DNA of 63,330 nucleotides, counting the filler, from Cercozoa sp. M6MM (Eukaryota > Protista > Endomyxa: Ascetosporea), in NCBI GenBank assembly GCA_040357565.1. It is 9 parts of 9 records of this genome, joined end to end, with 100 filler letters (N's around TTAATTAATTAA, not from the genome) between each part and the next. Parts side by side here need not be neighbours in the genome. Positions count along the whole stretch, not along the records: positions 39,269 to 44,772 come from JBDODJ010000896.1; positions 44,873 to 61,794 come from JBDODJ010000275.1; 7 more parts are not named here. The stretch is one strand, 5' to 3'. A program made the translations under genes and the position numbers. The notes beneath the pieces were generated by a model, which was given only the letters and a program-made list of their open reading frames with translations, made no database searches and had not been told where the DNA came from. This document shows positions 41,964 through 55,230 of this stretch, in pieces (within the stretch, counting starts at the first letter, position 1; every line of letters begins with the position of its first letter).

Positions 41964-44691
41964 ATGGTGCTCGAGGTGCCCAAAGATCCGCGCCGCTCGC
42001 GTATCTGCGAGCTCTTGGCAGAGTTACCGCCTGAGGTACAATGTAAGGTAGAACGTTTGGTATGCACACCAACTGGGGTAAGCCAACGTAGGAAACAGCC
42101 GAGGTGGCCCAAGCCTACATTGCCAAAGGCGAGGTCATATTGTTTATAGTCTTGCGCGCATGTTCTGTGTGCATGATTTACCTATTTCTTGCAGGTGGAT
42201 GCCGCCACGACAGTGTTGTATGGAGTACCGCAAGTCTGGGAGCACAAGCAAATGAATTCCGCGCGGGTACAGGACGCTACACAAGTTGATATACCTGCAC
42301 ATGTGTCTGCTCGATCTGATTGTGCCCATGTATTCCATCAGTTGGACACACTTAAGGCGTGGTGCATTTCGCGCGCTGTGATGGCACAGATGCTGCATGC
42401 TCGCGCCGTGGCCGATACCGACAAGTCAACGGCTGGACAGGACAAATCTGTATGTTGCTACACCCTTTTGTTTTTTGACTTGATAGTTGCACCTGTAGCG
42501 ATGGGGCAGTGAGGGAGAACGTTCCTTTCAGAAGGCTCAGGCCTTGTTTGAGGTGAGCTGCTCTTTTTATGCCTGTCTGTGCAATCATGTATCCATGTCC
42601 TATTAAAACCACAGAGTGAGACGAAACAGGTGCTGCTGCCAGAGCAGAGTCGGCGCGAGCCGCTCGAATCCTACGGCTACCGGCGGCCCAACAAAGCCAA
42701 GGGCAGGTATGTGTATATACCGAAACTCTTGACCTTAATTTCTCCCAATCTACTCCTACTGCTGCTGGATATGCACATAGACGCGGCTGGGTAATTGGTG
42801 AGGTGCTGCCGGCGCACCTGTCTGCGCGTGTATTCGCGCAGCTGCTGCGACACGACGTCGACGGCGCTGTGCACACCGCGCATGTGGTATCCTTCCTCTA
42901 CGTGTTTACTCTTTCTTACCCCGATGTGTTTTGCGTGTTTTAGGCCATGAAAGCACAGAAGGTGTGCGAACGAGAGGACCGAGTTGAGGCTATGGAGGTG
43001 TGTCTGTTGGTACTTCCCTGTCCCTGTGGCGACAGCTGCGTTCGTTCAGGGCACTCCTCCGCTGGCGTACCAAGCTGCAGCCTGCGCCGCCTTCCAGGTT
43101 ATTATTCCGTTGCCTCTCACTCCTTCCGTGTGACCCTTTGTTACCCTTGGCAGCGAGGCGATTATGAGGATGCGCTTGAGAAGTTCCAATACACGCTGCA
43201 GCACTGCAAGCTCTCGGTACTGACTTAACCCTTTCCGCCTGCACCCTCTATCTGTTTCTTGCACCCTTTGGCAGGGCCCGGCGGTACGACTTGGCATCGG
43301 CGTCTGCGCGTTAAAGCTACGGCGTACCGATCTCGCCAAAAAAGCCTTCCTGCGCGTGCTGCAGATCGAGGCAACTGTGTCACTCTCCCTACCCACCCCA
43401 CCTCCAGCAGGCACGAAGACTCTTTGTGTTTATGTGTGTGTGTGTGTGTGTGTGTCAGGGTGCCACGGCTGTGCGCGCCTACCACGGTCTCGCACAGCTA
43501 TCGCTTCTGCATGCTGCCGACGCCGATGACGATTTGCGCGAACTGTACGCCTTATGCCTACCATACCACATATGCTTACGCGTATGCTATGTACATTATA
43601 GCCACCTAGTGGAGGCACAGCAGTGGGTGCAGCGTGGTTTGCGCGTCGACAGCAACGACGCTCGCCTGCTGCTGCTGCAAGGCCGTCTGCTTGATGCCTG
43701 CAGTGTCAAGGATGTCGGTACTCTGGTACGGGGGGGGGGGGGCGGCGCCCCAAATCAACGAGTTGTTTGACAGAGGAAGCCGGTCAACTGCTCGAGAATG
43801 ACAGTGATGAGGACGCCGTTCTCGAGAGAGCACAGGTAAACTCGCTTTGCGCAGCCCTCTGTGTGTATCCTGTATCTTTTTCTCCCTGTAGTTGCTCGCT
43901 CGTCAGGCCCGACAGGCCGCACGAGACGTTGGTACCTCAGTGCTTGTCACTGTTTCCCTGAAGACCTCCCACCGTGACCCTTTCACTTGCCTCGTGTGTA
44001 GTCACGGTGGCACAGGCCTACCTCTACCAAGCGAAAGCACTTCACCGACGTGCTGCAGTACGTTTCTTTCTGTGTGCACGTGTGTGCTACATCTGGTGCT
44101 TGACAGCGCGCGCACACGCGTCAGATCGCCATCCGAGTGTTGCAGCTCAAGAAAGACAGCAGCGTGGGTAGCTTGGCAGTATAGCAATCGATAGGGGGTA
44201 AGGATGTGACACTTCCCACAACAGACGGTGAAGCTGAGCGCGGCAAGGTGCAGCTCGAGCAGTGGCTCAGCAAAGCGAGCGATCAGTACAAGCAGTGCCT
44301 CGCGCGTGATCCCTCCATGGTACGCGCCCCGCTGCATCTTTTTAATCACTTTTAGTATATCCCTTTCAACCCTACCCCCTCGACCCCATTTGAGCAGGTG
44401 GAAGCACGGCTCGGCCTGGGCCAGGTGCTCTGCTGGCAGGAACGATTCCCTGAGGCCATTCCGCAACTGCGTCAGTTTACGCAGGCGCGTCGCGGCCACG
44501 TGAGTGCGTTGCGCCTGCTGTCGGCGTGCCACGCTAAGATGGAGGAGCACGCGCCTGTACTATACCCCTTTGCCACTGACCCGGTGACCCCTCCTTTTAT
44601 TTGGCGTGTACAGTCTCTGCGCTACGCGCATCAGGCGGTGCAGTACTCCACGGGTGGCGACCTGGCCTCCACCATTGGCACCCTTTACGAG
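41964..44691 (+). CDS. TPR-repeat protein, multi-exon, 3' truncated
   Basis: GDYEDALEKFQYTL; LVEAQQWVQRGLRVDSNDARLLLLQGRLL; EARLGLGQVLCWQERFPEAIPQLRQFTQARRGHVSALRLLSACH. Confidence 0.7.
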
Positions 44692-44723
44692 GTGCGTGTC
44701 TGGTGGAGTGTCATGTTCCATGC

Positions 44724-44772
<49 letters not shown>

Positions 44773-44872
44773 NNNNNNNNNNNNNNNNNNNNNNNNNNNN
44801 NNNNNNNNNNNNNNNNTTAATTAATTAANNNNNNNNNNNNNNNNNNNNNNNNNNNNNNNNNNNNNNNNNNNN

Positions 44873-45476
44873 CCCCTCCCCCTCTATCCCCTCCCCCTCT
44901 ATCCCCTCCCCCTCTATCCTCCCCCTCTATCCCCTCCCCCTCTATCCCCTACCCTCTATCCCTTACCCTCTATCCTCTACCCCTCTATCCCCTACCCCTC
45001 TATCCCCTACCCCTCTATCCCTACCCCTATATCCCGTACACATCTCCCTACCCTCCCTTTACCCCTGCCCGGTAGTGCCAACGTGGAGGCGACGCAGACG
45101 AGCGGCAAGACGACGGCGACGTTGTCGACGACAGTGCGACCGCTGCCGTGGCTGCGTCTGCACGCGTGTGCCAAGGCCGGTGCTCTGCATGCCTTCGAGG
45201 TGGGTCGACCCCTCTGTGTCCGCGCGGATGTGCAAATACCACAAATCTCTTTTTGAACAGGGCGAGACTTTCTTGGCCGATCGTTTCTTTGCCGGTGGCG
45301 CCAGTGGTACCTTCTACCTTCCCTCCCTTCTACCTTCCCTACCTTCTACCTTCCCTCCCTTCTACCTTCCATACCTTCTACCTTCCCTCCCTTCTACCTT
45401 CCCTACCTTCTACCTTCCATACCTTCTACCTTCCCTACCTTCTACCTTCCCTACCTTCTACCTTCCATACCTTCTC
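44873..45476. repeat. Two C/T-rich intronic tandem arrays ((CCCTCTATCC)n at 44873-45030; (TACCTTC/C)n at 45308-45476)
   Basis: Visible low-complexity tandem units in Sam50 introns. Confidence 0.9.
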
Positions 45477-46192
45477 TTCCATATCCCTCCCGTATCCTCC
45501 CCTACCTTCCCCCTTTGCCCTTCTCCAGGTGCCTTCCCGGTGCGCGGCTTTGTGGCCGGCAGTGTGGGTCCGCACTCGGGTCAGACGTCCGTCAAGACGG
45601 CCTCCAAGCAGAGCGACGACAGCGATGCCCTGGGTGGGACGCGTGTCCTGCATACCAAGGCTGAGGTAGTCTCCTATCCTTGCTACCTACCCTGTCCCAC
45701 CCCAACCCCTACTTCTTGTACCCCAGGTGTCGGTGAGTCCTTCTTTCATGCGTTCGGACGAGTCGCACATTGGCGTGGAAGCCTTTGCTTTCGCTGACGG
45801 CGCCGCATGCGGCAACGACTTTGCCCTGCACACGGGGTGCCTGTCCTCTCTTCCATCTGGGTCTATTAGTGTCTGATCTTCGTATACTGATGTGTGTTTG
45901 TGTGGGATGTGAGCAGTCACGTGGCCTCGGCCGGTGTCGGACTCGGCTTCCGCATCGGCAAGCAGCTGCGCATCGATCTGTCGCACGCGCTGTGGCATCA
46001 CGGGTAATTTATTTGTATCTGTATCTGTATCTACTGTATCTGGATCTACTGTATCTGTATCTACTGTATCTATATCTACTGTATCTGTATCTACTGTGTC
46101 TTTATTAAAACTGCGCCCTCAGAGCGACGGACGCCTCTAGATTTTCCGGCCCCGTGCAGACCGGCATCTCCCTCTCCCTATCGCCGCTCTAG
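45076..46192 (+). CDS. SAM50: Sam50/Tob55 (Omp85-family mitochondrial beta-barrel assembly protein), 3' part
   Basis: DRFFAGGAS|GAFPVRGF...SVGP...DALGG (cf. DRFYLGG...IRGF..IGP...DYLGG), ASAGVGLGFRIG..LRIDLS, and a terminal beta-signal-like VQTGISLSL. Confidence 0.8.
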
Positions 46193-46640
46193 CCCGCCAC
46201 AAAGTTTCACTAGCGTAGTACCCAGTACTCGACTGCGTCATGATTACGAAACCAATTTAGCGTAGTAGTGTTGCCGTGCGTTGCTGCGACTTTGTGGAGA
46301 CTCGATGCCACTAAAAAGAAAATATCAAGGAGGGAAGACAGCTGCATGACTGCATATAAAAGTTGTTTGAGAGACTAACTGCCAATCGCAGGAAAAACCC
46401 TCTCAAAATCACGTGTAGTAGCAGAGGCTGTGAATAAGTTATCTTCTCTGGTGCACCCTCTCGCTTCTCGCTTCTCGCCGTATCTTCGCGGAAAGCCAAG
46501 CCGCCCCCGTGGAGCACCGACAGTAAATTTACAGTACCAATGGACCAGGATCGAAGGCTTGGACGGCCTTAGCGGGTTCCTTGGTAGACTGAACAAACTA
46601 CACTGGCAGTATCTAACTCTGATTGACTCATTCGCGGCTG

Positions 46641-49600
46641 TCAACGATCAACTGCCAGCTCGTCACTGAGGCTTCGCCACCCTGCCATTCTCGCTCTCAA
46701 CCAAGCCGTATCACACTCCCACACACCAACGCACCGTGGCACAGCGAGTGTAGAGTCAGCTTCAACTAAGAGACTGAAGTTCGACGGTGACTGATGCGAT
46801 TGTGTTGCTTGCCGAGCAGGTGTCGGAGCGCCGTTGACTTCAGCAGCCACTCGACCGGAACCACTGTCAGACAAATTAAAGAGCTAGTTTATCTACAGTA
46901 CATGTACAGTAAAACTTAGAGCATCATCTGAAATATTGGCAAGTACTTAAAATCATGGACTGCGTTCGCAGAGGTTCTGCCCAAAAAGCGAGAAGATTAC
47001 AGTATCATAATGTGTACCTCCAAGTAATCCTTACTGATAGGGAAACTAGCGTGCTTTTATTTTAGTTGTCTGTGTACCTGATGCACCGATCGAAGGGTCT
47101 TTCTGTGAAACAGCAGCAGTTCGATCAGTACCGACAACAGCATGACAGGAACGCCGATTGCCAACTACAGTACATCGGCATGGCATGCACATGCACATGC
47201 GCGTGCAGTGCACCACTCAAACGTGAAAGTTACACTCTGGCCCACAGTGTGACGAATGTTGCGAGCTGCTTCAATACACAGTTGCTGCGCTTTCACGGTC
47301 GCAGGCGTCAAGTGCAGTCGCTGGGTACAATTGAAAAGGGTACAGTCAAAATAGACTTGATATCATTGCGTGAGGCACCTCAAAGTCGCGAAAGAAGCGC
47401 GCGTCGTCGTCGAAAAGTGACCGCACCGCCGATCGTTTCGCTGGCGTATCGAGCTGCCCATGCGGGTCGAAGTCGTACGCACTGGCCGAAGCACGCTCAG
47501 CCAGCACAAACCCGAGCTGCGCGTAGTGCTCAACACCTTCGCGCAGACCACGCTGGAGCCACGAGTGGCACTGCTCCTTGTTGATGCACGCTTCGGAATT
47601 AGTCCTGAGCAGAATCAATTTAGTGCCACCTGATAGGGCTTCCAGGATAGGCTGTATCGATGTGTACTGTACAGTACCACGCATCGATATCAGCTCGCCA
47701 TTTCTCAGACTGTTTCCAGGTGCCCGGTAGTGTGATCTGACCGTCCACAGCAGTACCACCTTGCGACAGTGTGTTCATCAAGCCGACTGTCTTTTCAAGT
47801 ATCGTTCGCACTTCATTCGTCGTGACCGTGTCCTGTTCAATTCATTCACATTTACGTAGTTATTTTTGGGTGAAGAGTATCATGTGGGTGAGAGAGATAG
47901 CTGTACGTGCACATTGGGATTGGGGACGTAGCTGCCGGTACGGAGAGTCAACCCAACGCCCTGGTACAGACCCAGTGCACGTGCTTGAAACTGCTGCAGC
48001 GCGTGTGCCGACTGACGTGTGCGTACCATGAGGTCAGCGTACAGACGGATCTCGCCAGTGACTTGCTCGAGTTTCTTGAACTGCTTAGTTGAACCAAGAT
48101 AGACAGCCACAGTAAACGGTGTCTTTACACAGTAACATTTCTATACCTCTGGTTGTAACCACAGACTCCATCCGACAACAAAAGCAGCAGACATGAGTAA
48201 CGGCAGCGTCAGTTTCGTGGCGACAAAGAACCAACTGGTGATTTCTCGCAAACGGTCGCTTAGGTTCGACTTCATAACTGTCAAACACAGCCGAGGTATT
48301 TGAATTTCAGTTCGCATAGCTTTTCTTCGGCAGTGTACCTCGCTTCTTCCGACGCGGTCGCACACGCGACGACTTTCGTCGCTTCGTTTCGGGGGCTTCG
48401 GTGCCGATCGTTGACTGTTCATGCGCACAGGTAATACAACTGACACATGTAAGATAACGGAGCACTGATTACATTGGAGCCGCCAAACTCGTCCTCACTC
48501 GTTGCTATCACTTCTTCTTGGGCATGCGTATGACGTAAGCGCATCTGAGCACGCATCGCCAGGGATTCGCACATCTTGGCAGGCATCTCCAAGAAGGCGC
48601 AAAGGACTTGCTTCTTGGTGAGTGACACCTGCCGCGCCAGCGACAGCTACAGACAGGTAACACACAGAAAGGTATTTTAACCAACCTATGGCATCACATG
48701 CACAGTGCAGACTATACCGAAGGGCCGAAAAGCAGCATGAATGTGAGCACGCCTGATGCAATCCACAGAGGAAGCACAAGGTGACTCGCGTGGCTCCGAG
48801 TGTCCTCGAGCAACGTCGCAGCAAATTTTTGTTCCGACTTTCGAAGGTTACTGATAATAGGCGAGGTCTCGCTCGCAGCAGTCGGACCTACGTTCACTAC
48901 CAGGAAGGTCGAAGAAGCGTGTGGCTGTTCACACAGGTACCTTAGCCGACATGAAACACAGAAATCAATGCCAGCTGTGGTTTTACTGCAGTGCCGAGAG
49001 AAAGTGATTCGTTCAGCTCGGGAGGATACGCACGCCGCTCTGAGTCGTTCAGTGCCAGGAACTCGCGTACAAAGCCGAGATATTGGTGAGTCAGTAGCTG
49101 TTCAAACACACCGGTGCCGCTTGGATAAAAGGACAGCAGAAGTGGAATCAAAAAAAGGGTGGTACATTAAGCGGAAGCGAATCCACTTCGATATCGCGAA
49201 AGCGACTGAAAACGGCAGTAGAAACGGCGTGATGAGCCTTTCGCTGTGCGTCAGCGTTGCCGTAATTTTTGAACTCGTATTCGAACTGCTGTAGCAGTTC
49301 GTGTTGCGCAGCAGCGGTTTCCACGAGCGAGTCCTCCCACGTGTTCCATCCATTCTGGGTGAAATCCACTGTGCCAGCAGACATAGACGCGCCTGAATCG
49401 CCTTGTTGCAGCACATTGTGACTCTTGAGCATCAAGGTCGTGACATCGTGCGTCATTGCAACAACTGCAAGTTACGAACACCCAAATAACCCAACATACG
49501 ACTCTTTTTCTCTCTGTCTCTAGAGTGTGTGTACCGTTGAAGTGACTCAAAATGCGAACCTGTGCCAGCAGCACGATACCGTCGACGAGATGCTCAAGTT

Positions 49601-52600
49601 TCGACAGGATCACGAGCATCAGTGTGATGACGATGACAGAAAAGACACCGACGCACAGTAGGAATGCCTTGCGGTAGGTGTGCATCCGCGTGGAGGAGTT
49701 CGCCATCAGTGTCTTGCGGATGTGGTACGTTGTGTTCACTGTCGTTGTGGTCGATGCGTAGCTCGTCGCACTCACCACGGATGATGCGCGTGCACTCGAG
49801 TGACCCGAGGTGGTGCCTGTGCTGGCACTGCCTTCGTCTAGTACATGTACAGCAGAGACAGCCCGAGGCTTCAAAGGCGGAGAATTCGAACTGTCCACTT
49901 TGGGCAGTTCCAAACCCACCGAACGTCCCTTTGGACAGCAACTGCTGATGTCGTCGTCGATTTCATCGCTCTGCACAAGCACCGTGGCAGCGGACTCGTT
50001 CGACACTGCGCGCGTGAGTTGAGTCATCTCGACGGTGCGATCGCTGCAGCTGCTCATGTCTTTCATGCCGCTGTGACTCCGACTCGAACTTTGAGGCAGC
50101 AACGATTGCGACTCGTCGGTCTCAACGTCAACGATATGCTGCTTCTGCAGCACGTGCTTGTTGACCGCACCGCTGAATTCACTGTCACTTTCGACTGAAC
50201 TGACATCGGCGTACTTGTTGGTGTGTTCCGACAGGTTGCTCGGTCCGAACAGAGAAGCCTCTGCCAACGCGAGGTCGTCTGCTTCGTTGTTCTGCGTCAC
50301 GCTGCGCGGCAGTAAGCCATCTAGAATGGCGAGTAGATTTTGCGCATTGCTGTGACCTCCCTCTGCATTGCAACAAAGAGTACGAGTCTTTATTGAAGTG
50401 ATGAATGCAGGTACTGTCAGGTACCAGGTGTTTTGCACAGGAATCGGGAGTCACGGTGTGCGATGCGCCAGACATGAACTTCTTCACCAAACACGCAGAG
50501 TCTGACGCACCACGCTTTCGCTGCTCGCAAGCTGCGCATGCCAGTGCTAGTGGAGTTGTTGCCACCGACTGCAATGAAACTGTCGCGCCGATCCAAACTG
50601 TCGCGTGGACGCAGTGCTTCGAGCATACAGTCGGGAACAGTGTCAGCGAACGTGACTGGCAGTCCGAGCGGTGAATTCAGCAGCTTCCTTCGCCAGGCCT
50701 CTTTGTCCTGTTGCTCTGACTCCTCCAAGGCGTCCAGTCTCTCACTCCTGTCGCTCTGATCGTGATACTCTGCAAACACCTTGTGCAACGGAACGTCGAG
50801 CAACCTGTCGCTCCCGTTGTTGCCAAAGCCGTTGACAAGGTTGAGCAGGCGTGCAAAGTCGCGACTCAGGTATTGAAAGCGCGACTCGTACTCAAGACCG
50901 AACAGCACCTGTGTGCCACTGGCCTCCCTTGGGTAGATCGAGTCGAAGATGCCAATGTAGCGCAGCTCCTTGGCTGCGTGGACGAAACTTTTCACTCGGA
51001 TGAGAATCGGCACAAGGAAACCCTGCGAGTCGATTCCGACCAGTTTGCGAGTCGTGCCAATGACACTGCTCTGTCCTGTGGTAAGGTACCGTGCCATTAG
51101 GCGCTGGTGCACGCTCTTGATTGGCTCGGGAATGATCGAGTTGATGTCGCGACCGACAATGTGCGACTTGGAGTAGCCAAAGATGCGGCAGAAGTGACTG
51201 TTGGCACTATGGACCTCGCCACTGTCGGAAACCACAATGACACCGACGTCACTGAGACGGCCCTCCAGGTCGGTATCGCCACAGCCGCCGGCCGAGGCCT
51301 CGTTATCGACTTTCTCCCTCTGGAGTGTGCGTGCCTCCAACAGCAGGCTCTGCGACCGGATGGGATCGTTGAGCACGTCCCGGAGAAAGCCGGCGTCTGT
51401 AGGCACGCACATACACACAATGTAAACGCACACAGAGTACACACAGCTGGAAAAGGGGGTAGAGTAAACAGTCAGGGTGAAAGGGTGTACAGTTCATGAG
51501 CAGACTCGCCGACTTGTTGGACAGCTTCATCAGTTTCTTGTAATTCTGGTCGGCGACGTCGCTGCTGGTGGAAATGCGCTCGGCGAGCTTCATGAGTCGA
51601 GCTTGCGAGGGATGCCGTCGTATCAGCTCGGACCAGAAGTCGTCGAGGTTCTGGCAGCACACAATGTCGGCGGCCCGAGCGTCGCTGAGGTACTTTTCAC
51701 TCGACAGGTAGTTCACGAGTGCCTTACCGCCCTCGGCAACGTTATCCTCGAGGAGACGTTTGATGCGGTAGAGGAGAAACGCATGGTCAATGTAGGGATC
51801 GAGGCGCGACGCGATGTCGACAAAGCGGAGCGTCAGATGGTCGTTCTTGCACACGAAGAGCATGAAGGTGCTGCGTGCGATCCACAGCGACACGGACTTT
51901 GGGAACTTTGTGCACGCCTGCTCGAAGAGTTGACCGCCGAGTCGGATGCAGTCCTGCTCGGAGTCCTCCGAGTCGGTGTGTGCACTGGAAGTGCCAGTAC
52001 CAGTGCGTCCACTCCTTTCGATCTGCTCGCGCAGAGTGCACCGAATCTTTACGAGCACTTCGCTCGGACGCGACAAGACGTCGATCGAACTGCTCGTGAG
52101 TCGCTCGAGTCGCCAGCTCACAAAGTTCTTGGCTGCGTAGCACACGAAGGGAGCACTCAACAGGAAGGCCCAGATCAGGCCACTTCGCGAGTCGTGGTCG
52201 TCTTGATCGGCCTGCTGCACAACGTACTGTAGGGCAGTGAAGATCGAGGCCCAACCCAGCATGGCCATTGATGCTAGCTTGAGTGCCATCATGGGCACGT
52301 CGTAGTACGGCAGTCGGAACCCGAAACTGAGGATCAACAAGACCGATGCAACGCCACATGTGACGAGGGACACGACCACGTCGCGAATGAGAGTCGCCTG
52401 AGCTACAAGCACTGTTCGCATTAACAGCTGTAACAAGTCGGACCTGGCATCACTTCGAGCCAAAGGAGACATCGAGCGAATGTTCGAGTCGAACATACTA
52501 CTCGTGAAGAAACACGACAGCACGACAAAGCCGACTAGATTCAAGCCGGTGGTAGCCCGAATGGCCGCACACGTGGCGGTGTCATCGAGCAGTTCGCTCG

Positions 52601-53155
52601 AGCACCTCATGGCACTCAGCAGCACGAACAATGCCGGCACGTACCCGATCTTGGCTAGGCCCGAGAAAATACGCAGTGTCCGCAGTGTTACGAACTGAGT
52701 GAACTCCTGCCTCGCAAAGCAGTAGCCGACATAGCACGCGTTAACAACAAGTCCCGCAGTGAGCACAAGCAACGAGAAGAACACAACGCTGAACGCCGTT
52801 TGGTTTGACACGAGCACGCTGAAGTTCGTGTACTCCAGTGCTGTCAAAAAAATGCCTGCTGCTGGGTCACGCGTGCTCCAGAGCCCAAACTGCTTCGACA
52901 GCGGGAACGATAGCAACTGACAGGTGTCCACGATAATCGCGAGTGTCACCGCGAAGCGGGAAGGATTCGTTTCCTTTCCCATTACAAAAAGCGCCCCTAA
53001 AATTCCACGTCGGACAGCTTGTCCTGGAAACACACCAATGTAAGTCTCACTCAAAAGTTTCAGTTTGGTCGACAAGAAAATCGCGTTTTTGTGGGATTTT
53101 TACCGAATCGGACAAGCTGCGAGCCACATGACGCCTCGGGTTCGCTTTCCTCCAT
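46641..53155 (-). CDS. TmcB/TmcC-like multi-TM, PAS-domain membrane protein; 3' end approximate
   Basis: N-terminal multi-TM block with LPYY; helical region FWSEL...YKKLMKL...YAGFLRDVLND; PAS domain GEVHSANSHFCRIFGYSKSHIVGRDINSIIPEPIKSVHQRLMARYLTTG; Ser-rich linker; later TM pairs. Confidence 0.75.
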
Positions 53156-53481
53156 CACGTCTTATTGAACGCACAACATTGCTTCTTAATAACGAAAACC
53201 TGGAGAAAACGTGCATTTTTGAGGGCCCGCACGGACGGTGAAACGAAACTGAATAATGAAAAAGACGGCAGGGCTCTTCTAATTCTGGTGTATTGCGTAG
53301 AGTATGTACGAAAAGTGGCAAAGTCTACAAGAGTGCGTTGTTTTCACTGCCCTCAGGCTTGGTGATAGCAATGCTTGCTTCCATCGACAAGTAAACTTGA
53401 TCTTAGAAATGAGCGGAATGTCAGTGTGGGAATTGGAGTCGGTTCCTGTAGTGTAAAGCCATTGTCGACGAAATCAAGCGG

Positions 53482-54894
53482 TTGCTGAGCGAGGATTTCA
53501 GGGCACGCGTGCATGCGATGCAATTGCTAACGACACGGCGTCACACAGGCATGGCACAGCATGTGCTGTTCGCACTCACGCTGTGGTGTTGCGAGTTACG
53601 CAAACTGCTCTCGCGTGATAGAAGAGTCGTGTTGCTGCGAATGCGTCGACTGTGCGACGAGGTGACATCGCAACTCACCCTCGGCAAGAGTGCACTGTCT
53701 GCTTTCGCGTGCTACAGCAGGCGCTGGCGTGCTGTGTGCGAGATGCTGGCACACTTTGTGTTGGTCCCAGAGATAGCCTACGCCTGTACAGGCGAAACCG
53801 ACGTTGCCGACGTTGAAAGCACGGTGGAACGCTTTCTGGCGCTGTGTCGTGCTCTACCAGTGGCAGGAACTGCACGACCTCTGCGAGTGCTCGATGCGAG
53901 TGTCACCGTGTGGGATGCTTTCGTCTTTGATCGTTTACTCTGTGCCTGCAGTAGCCTCGCCGAAAGTGCAGCCGCAGCTACGCACACGCTCAGGTTTATG
54001 TACGCACTGCTTCGCCGCAGTAACACCTGGCTGTCGGCTTTTGAATGTCGCGCAGTGGCACCGCACCATTTTGCTGTCACTCTACCTCGTCGTCTGCGAG
54101 CTATAGCTTTCCCTGTGACCGCACCAGAGTCGCTGCAGGTCGACCTTTTTGCGAATGTCTTTTCGCTGCTGCGAGAGCAAATAGAGAGACCCAACTCCCT
54201 TGCTCAGTTTGGAAGAGAAATAGCCATGTATGGTGTGCACACATCTGGCGGCGGCACTGTGCAGTCGCATTCAATGGTTACGCAAGCGTTGCTGCAGTCG
54301 AGACTGCACCGGGTGACACCGCGCTTTGTGCTCAACTGGCTGTGTCACACGTTGCGCGATCTCGGCGATATCGCTTCTGTGCTGAGAAAACTTGAGTTGT
54401 GTACCAATGCTCTGCCGTGCGTCGATGACGAAGACCCTCAGACTCTGACTGTGGACACTGTTGACAGTGGTTCCGCTGAAGAGCTCGCGTTGAAACTCGT
54501 CGACATTCTCGATCCAAATTCTACGTCAGTCAGTTTGTTTTCCAAAGCACGAGTTTTAGGAGCTGTCGCCGAATTACTTTTGTCGATTTCTGCGTGCAAT
54601 GACGAAACCGAAACGGCAATGTGGAGCACCGCAAAACAAGTTGATAGCACGGCACTCGGGGCGTTCTTGTTGAGTCTTCGCTCCGTGTCGCTTCCTTGTT
54701 GCGCGCAAGCGCCAGCTTTTGCTGCTTTCGTACTGCTATCTGAGCCTGCGTCTTTAAAAAACTTGATGCGAGTGTACTTCTGCAGGTTCAAGCGGCTTTT
54801 GTTATGCTTCGCAAAGCAAGGAGTCTCCGCTTGCGAACTGTCGAAGCAGCCATGTCTAGATCTGGAGCACCCCAAGGAGCACTTGCTGCTGTGA
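53482..54894 (+). CDS. Hypothetical protein (470-codon ORF, Leu/Ala-rich, helical)
   Basis: Long uninterrupted ORF; true start uncertain. Confidence 0.55.
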   Translation: MLSEDFRARVHAMQLLTTRRHTGMAQHVLFALTLWCCELRKLLSRDRRVVLLRMRRLCDEVTSQLTLGKSALSAFACYSRRWRAVCEMLAHFVLVPEIAYACTGETDVADVESTVERFLALCRALPVAGTARPLRVLDASVTVWDAFVFDRLLCACSSLAESAAAATHTLRFMYALLRRSNTWLSAFECRAVAPHHFAVTLPRRLRAIAFPVTAPESLQVDLFANVFSLLREQIERPNSLAQFGREIAMYGVHTSGGGTVQSHSMVTQALLQSRLHRVTPRFVLNWLCHTLRDLGDIASVLRKLELCTNALPCVDDEDPQTLTVDTVDSGSAEELALKLVDILDPNSTSVSLFSKARVLGAVAELLLSISACNDETETAMWSTAKQVDSTALGAFLLSLRSVSLPCCAQAPAFAAFVLLSEPASLKNLMRVYFCRFKRLLLCFAKQGVSACELSKQPCLDLEHPKEHLLL

Positions 54895-55230
54895 CACGCA
54901 TTGTTGAGTTCGCAGATCGAGACTACACCTCTCTGCTTCAGCTGTCACTTTAACTACTTCGGAGTTTAGAGTTACTAGTTGTTGTCAATTTGAGTGTCGC
55001 CCCGTGCAAGCACGCTCAAACTCGGAGTCCCGCTAAACCCCGGTTTAGCACGTGCCAACAAGTTGTCACCGCTGGCAACGTTTCTGTTGCCTCAGGCGCG
55101 TAAAACTTCCTTCTTTGCCTTCTATAGGACATTACAAGACCGAATCGCTCGGAATCGTCGCCCTGAGAAGCTCTTCCATTCCAACTTGCTTCGAAATCTA
55201 AAACTCGAAAACTGACTCCGACTCGAAAAG

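Noticed and set aside
51477-52232. Long plus-strand ORFs opposite real genes (also 26502-27149 and 57196-57849 on minus)
   Set aside because: These are shadow ORFs caused by GC-rich codon bias on the coding strand.
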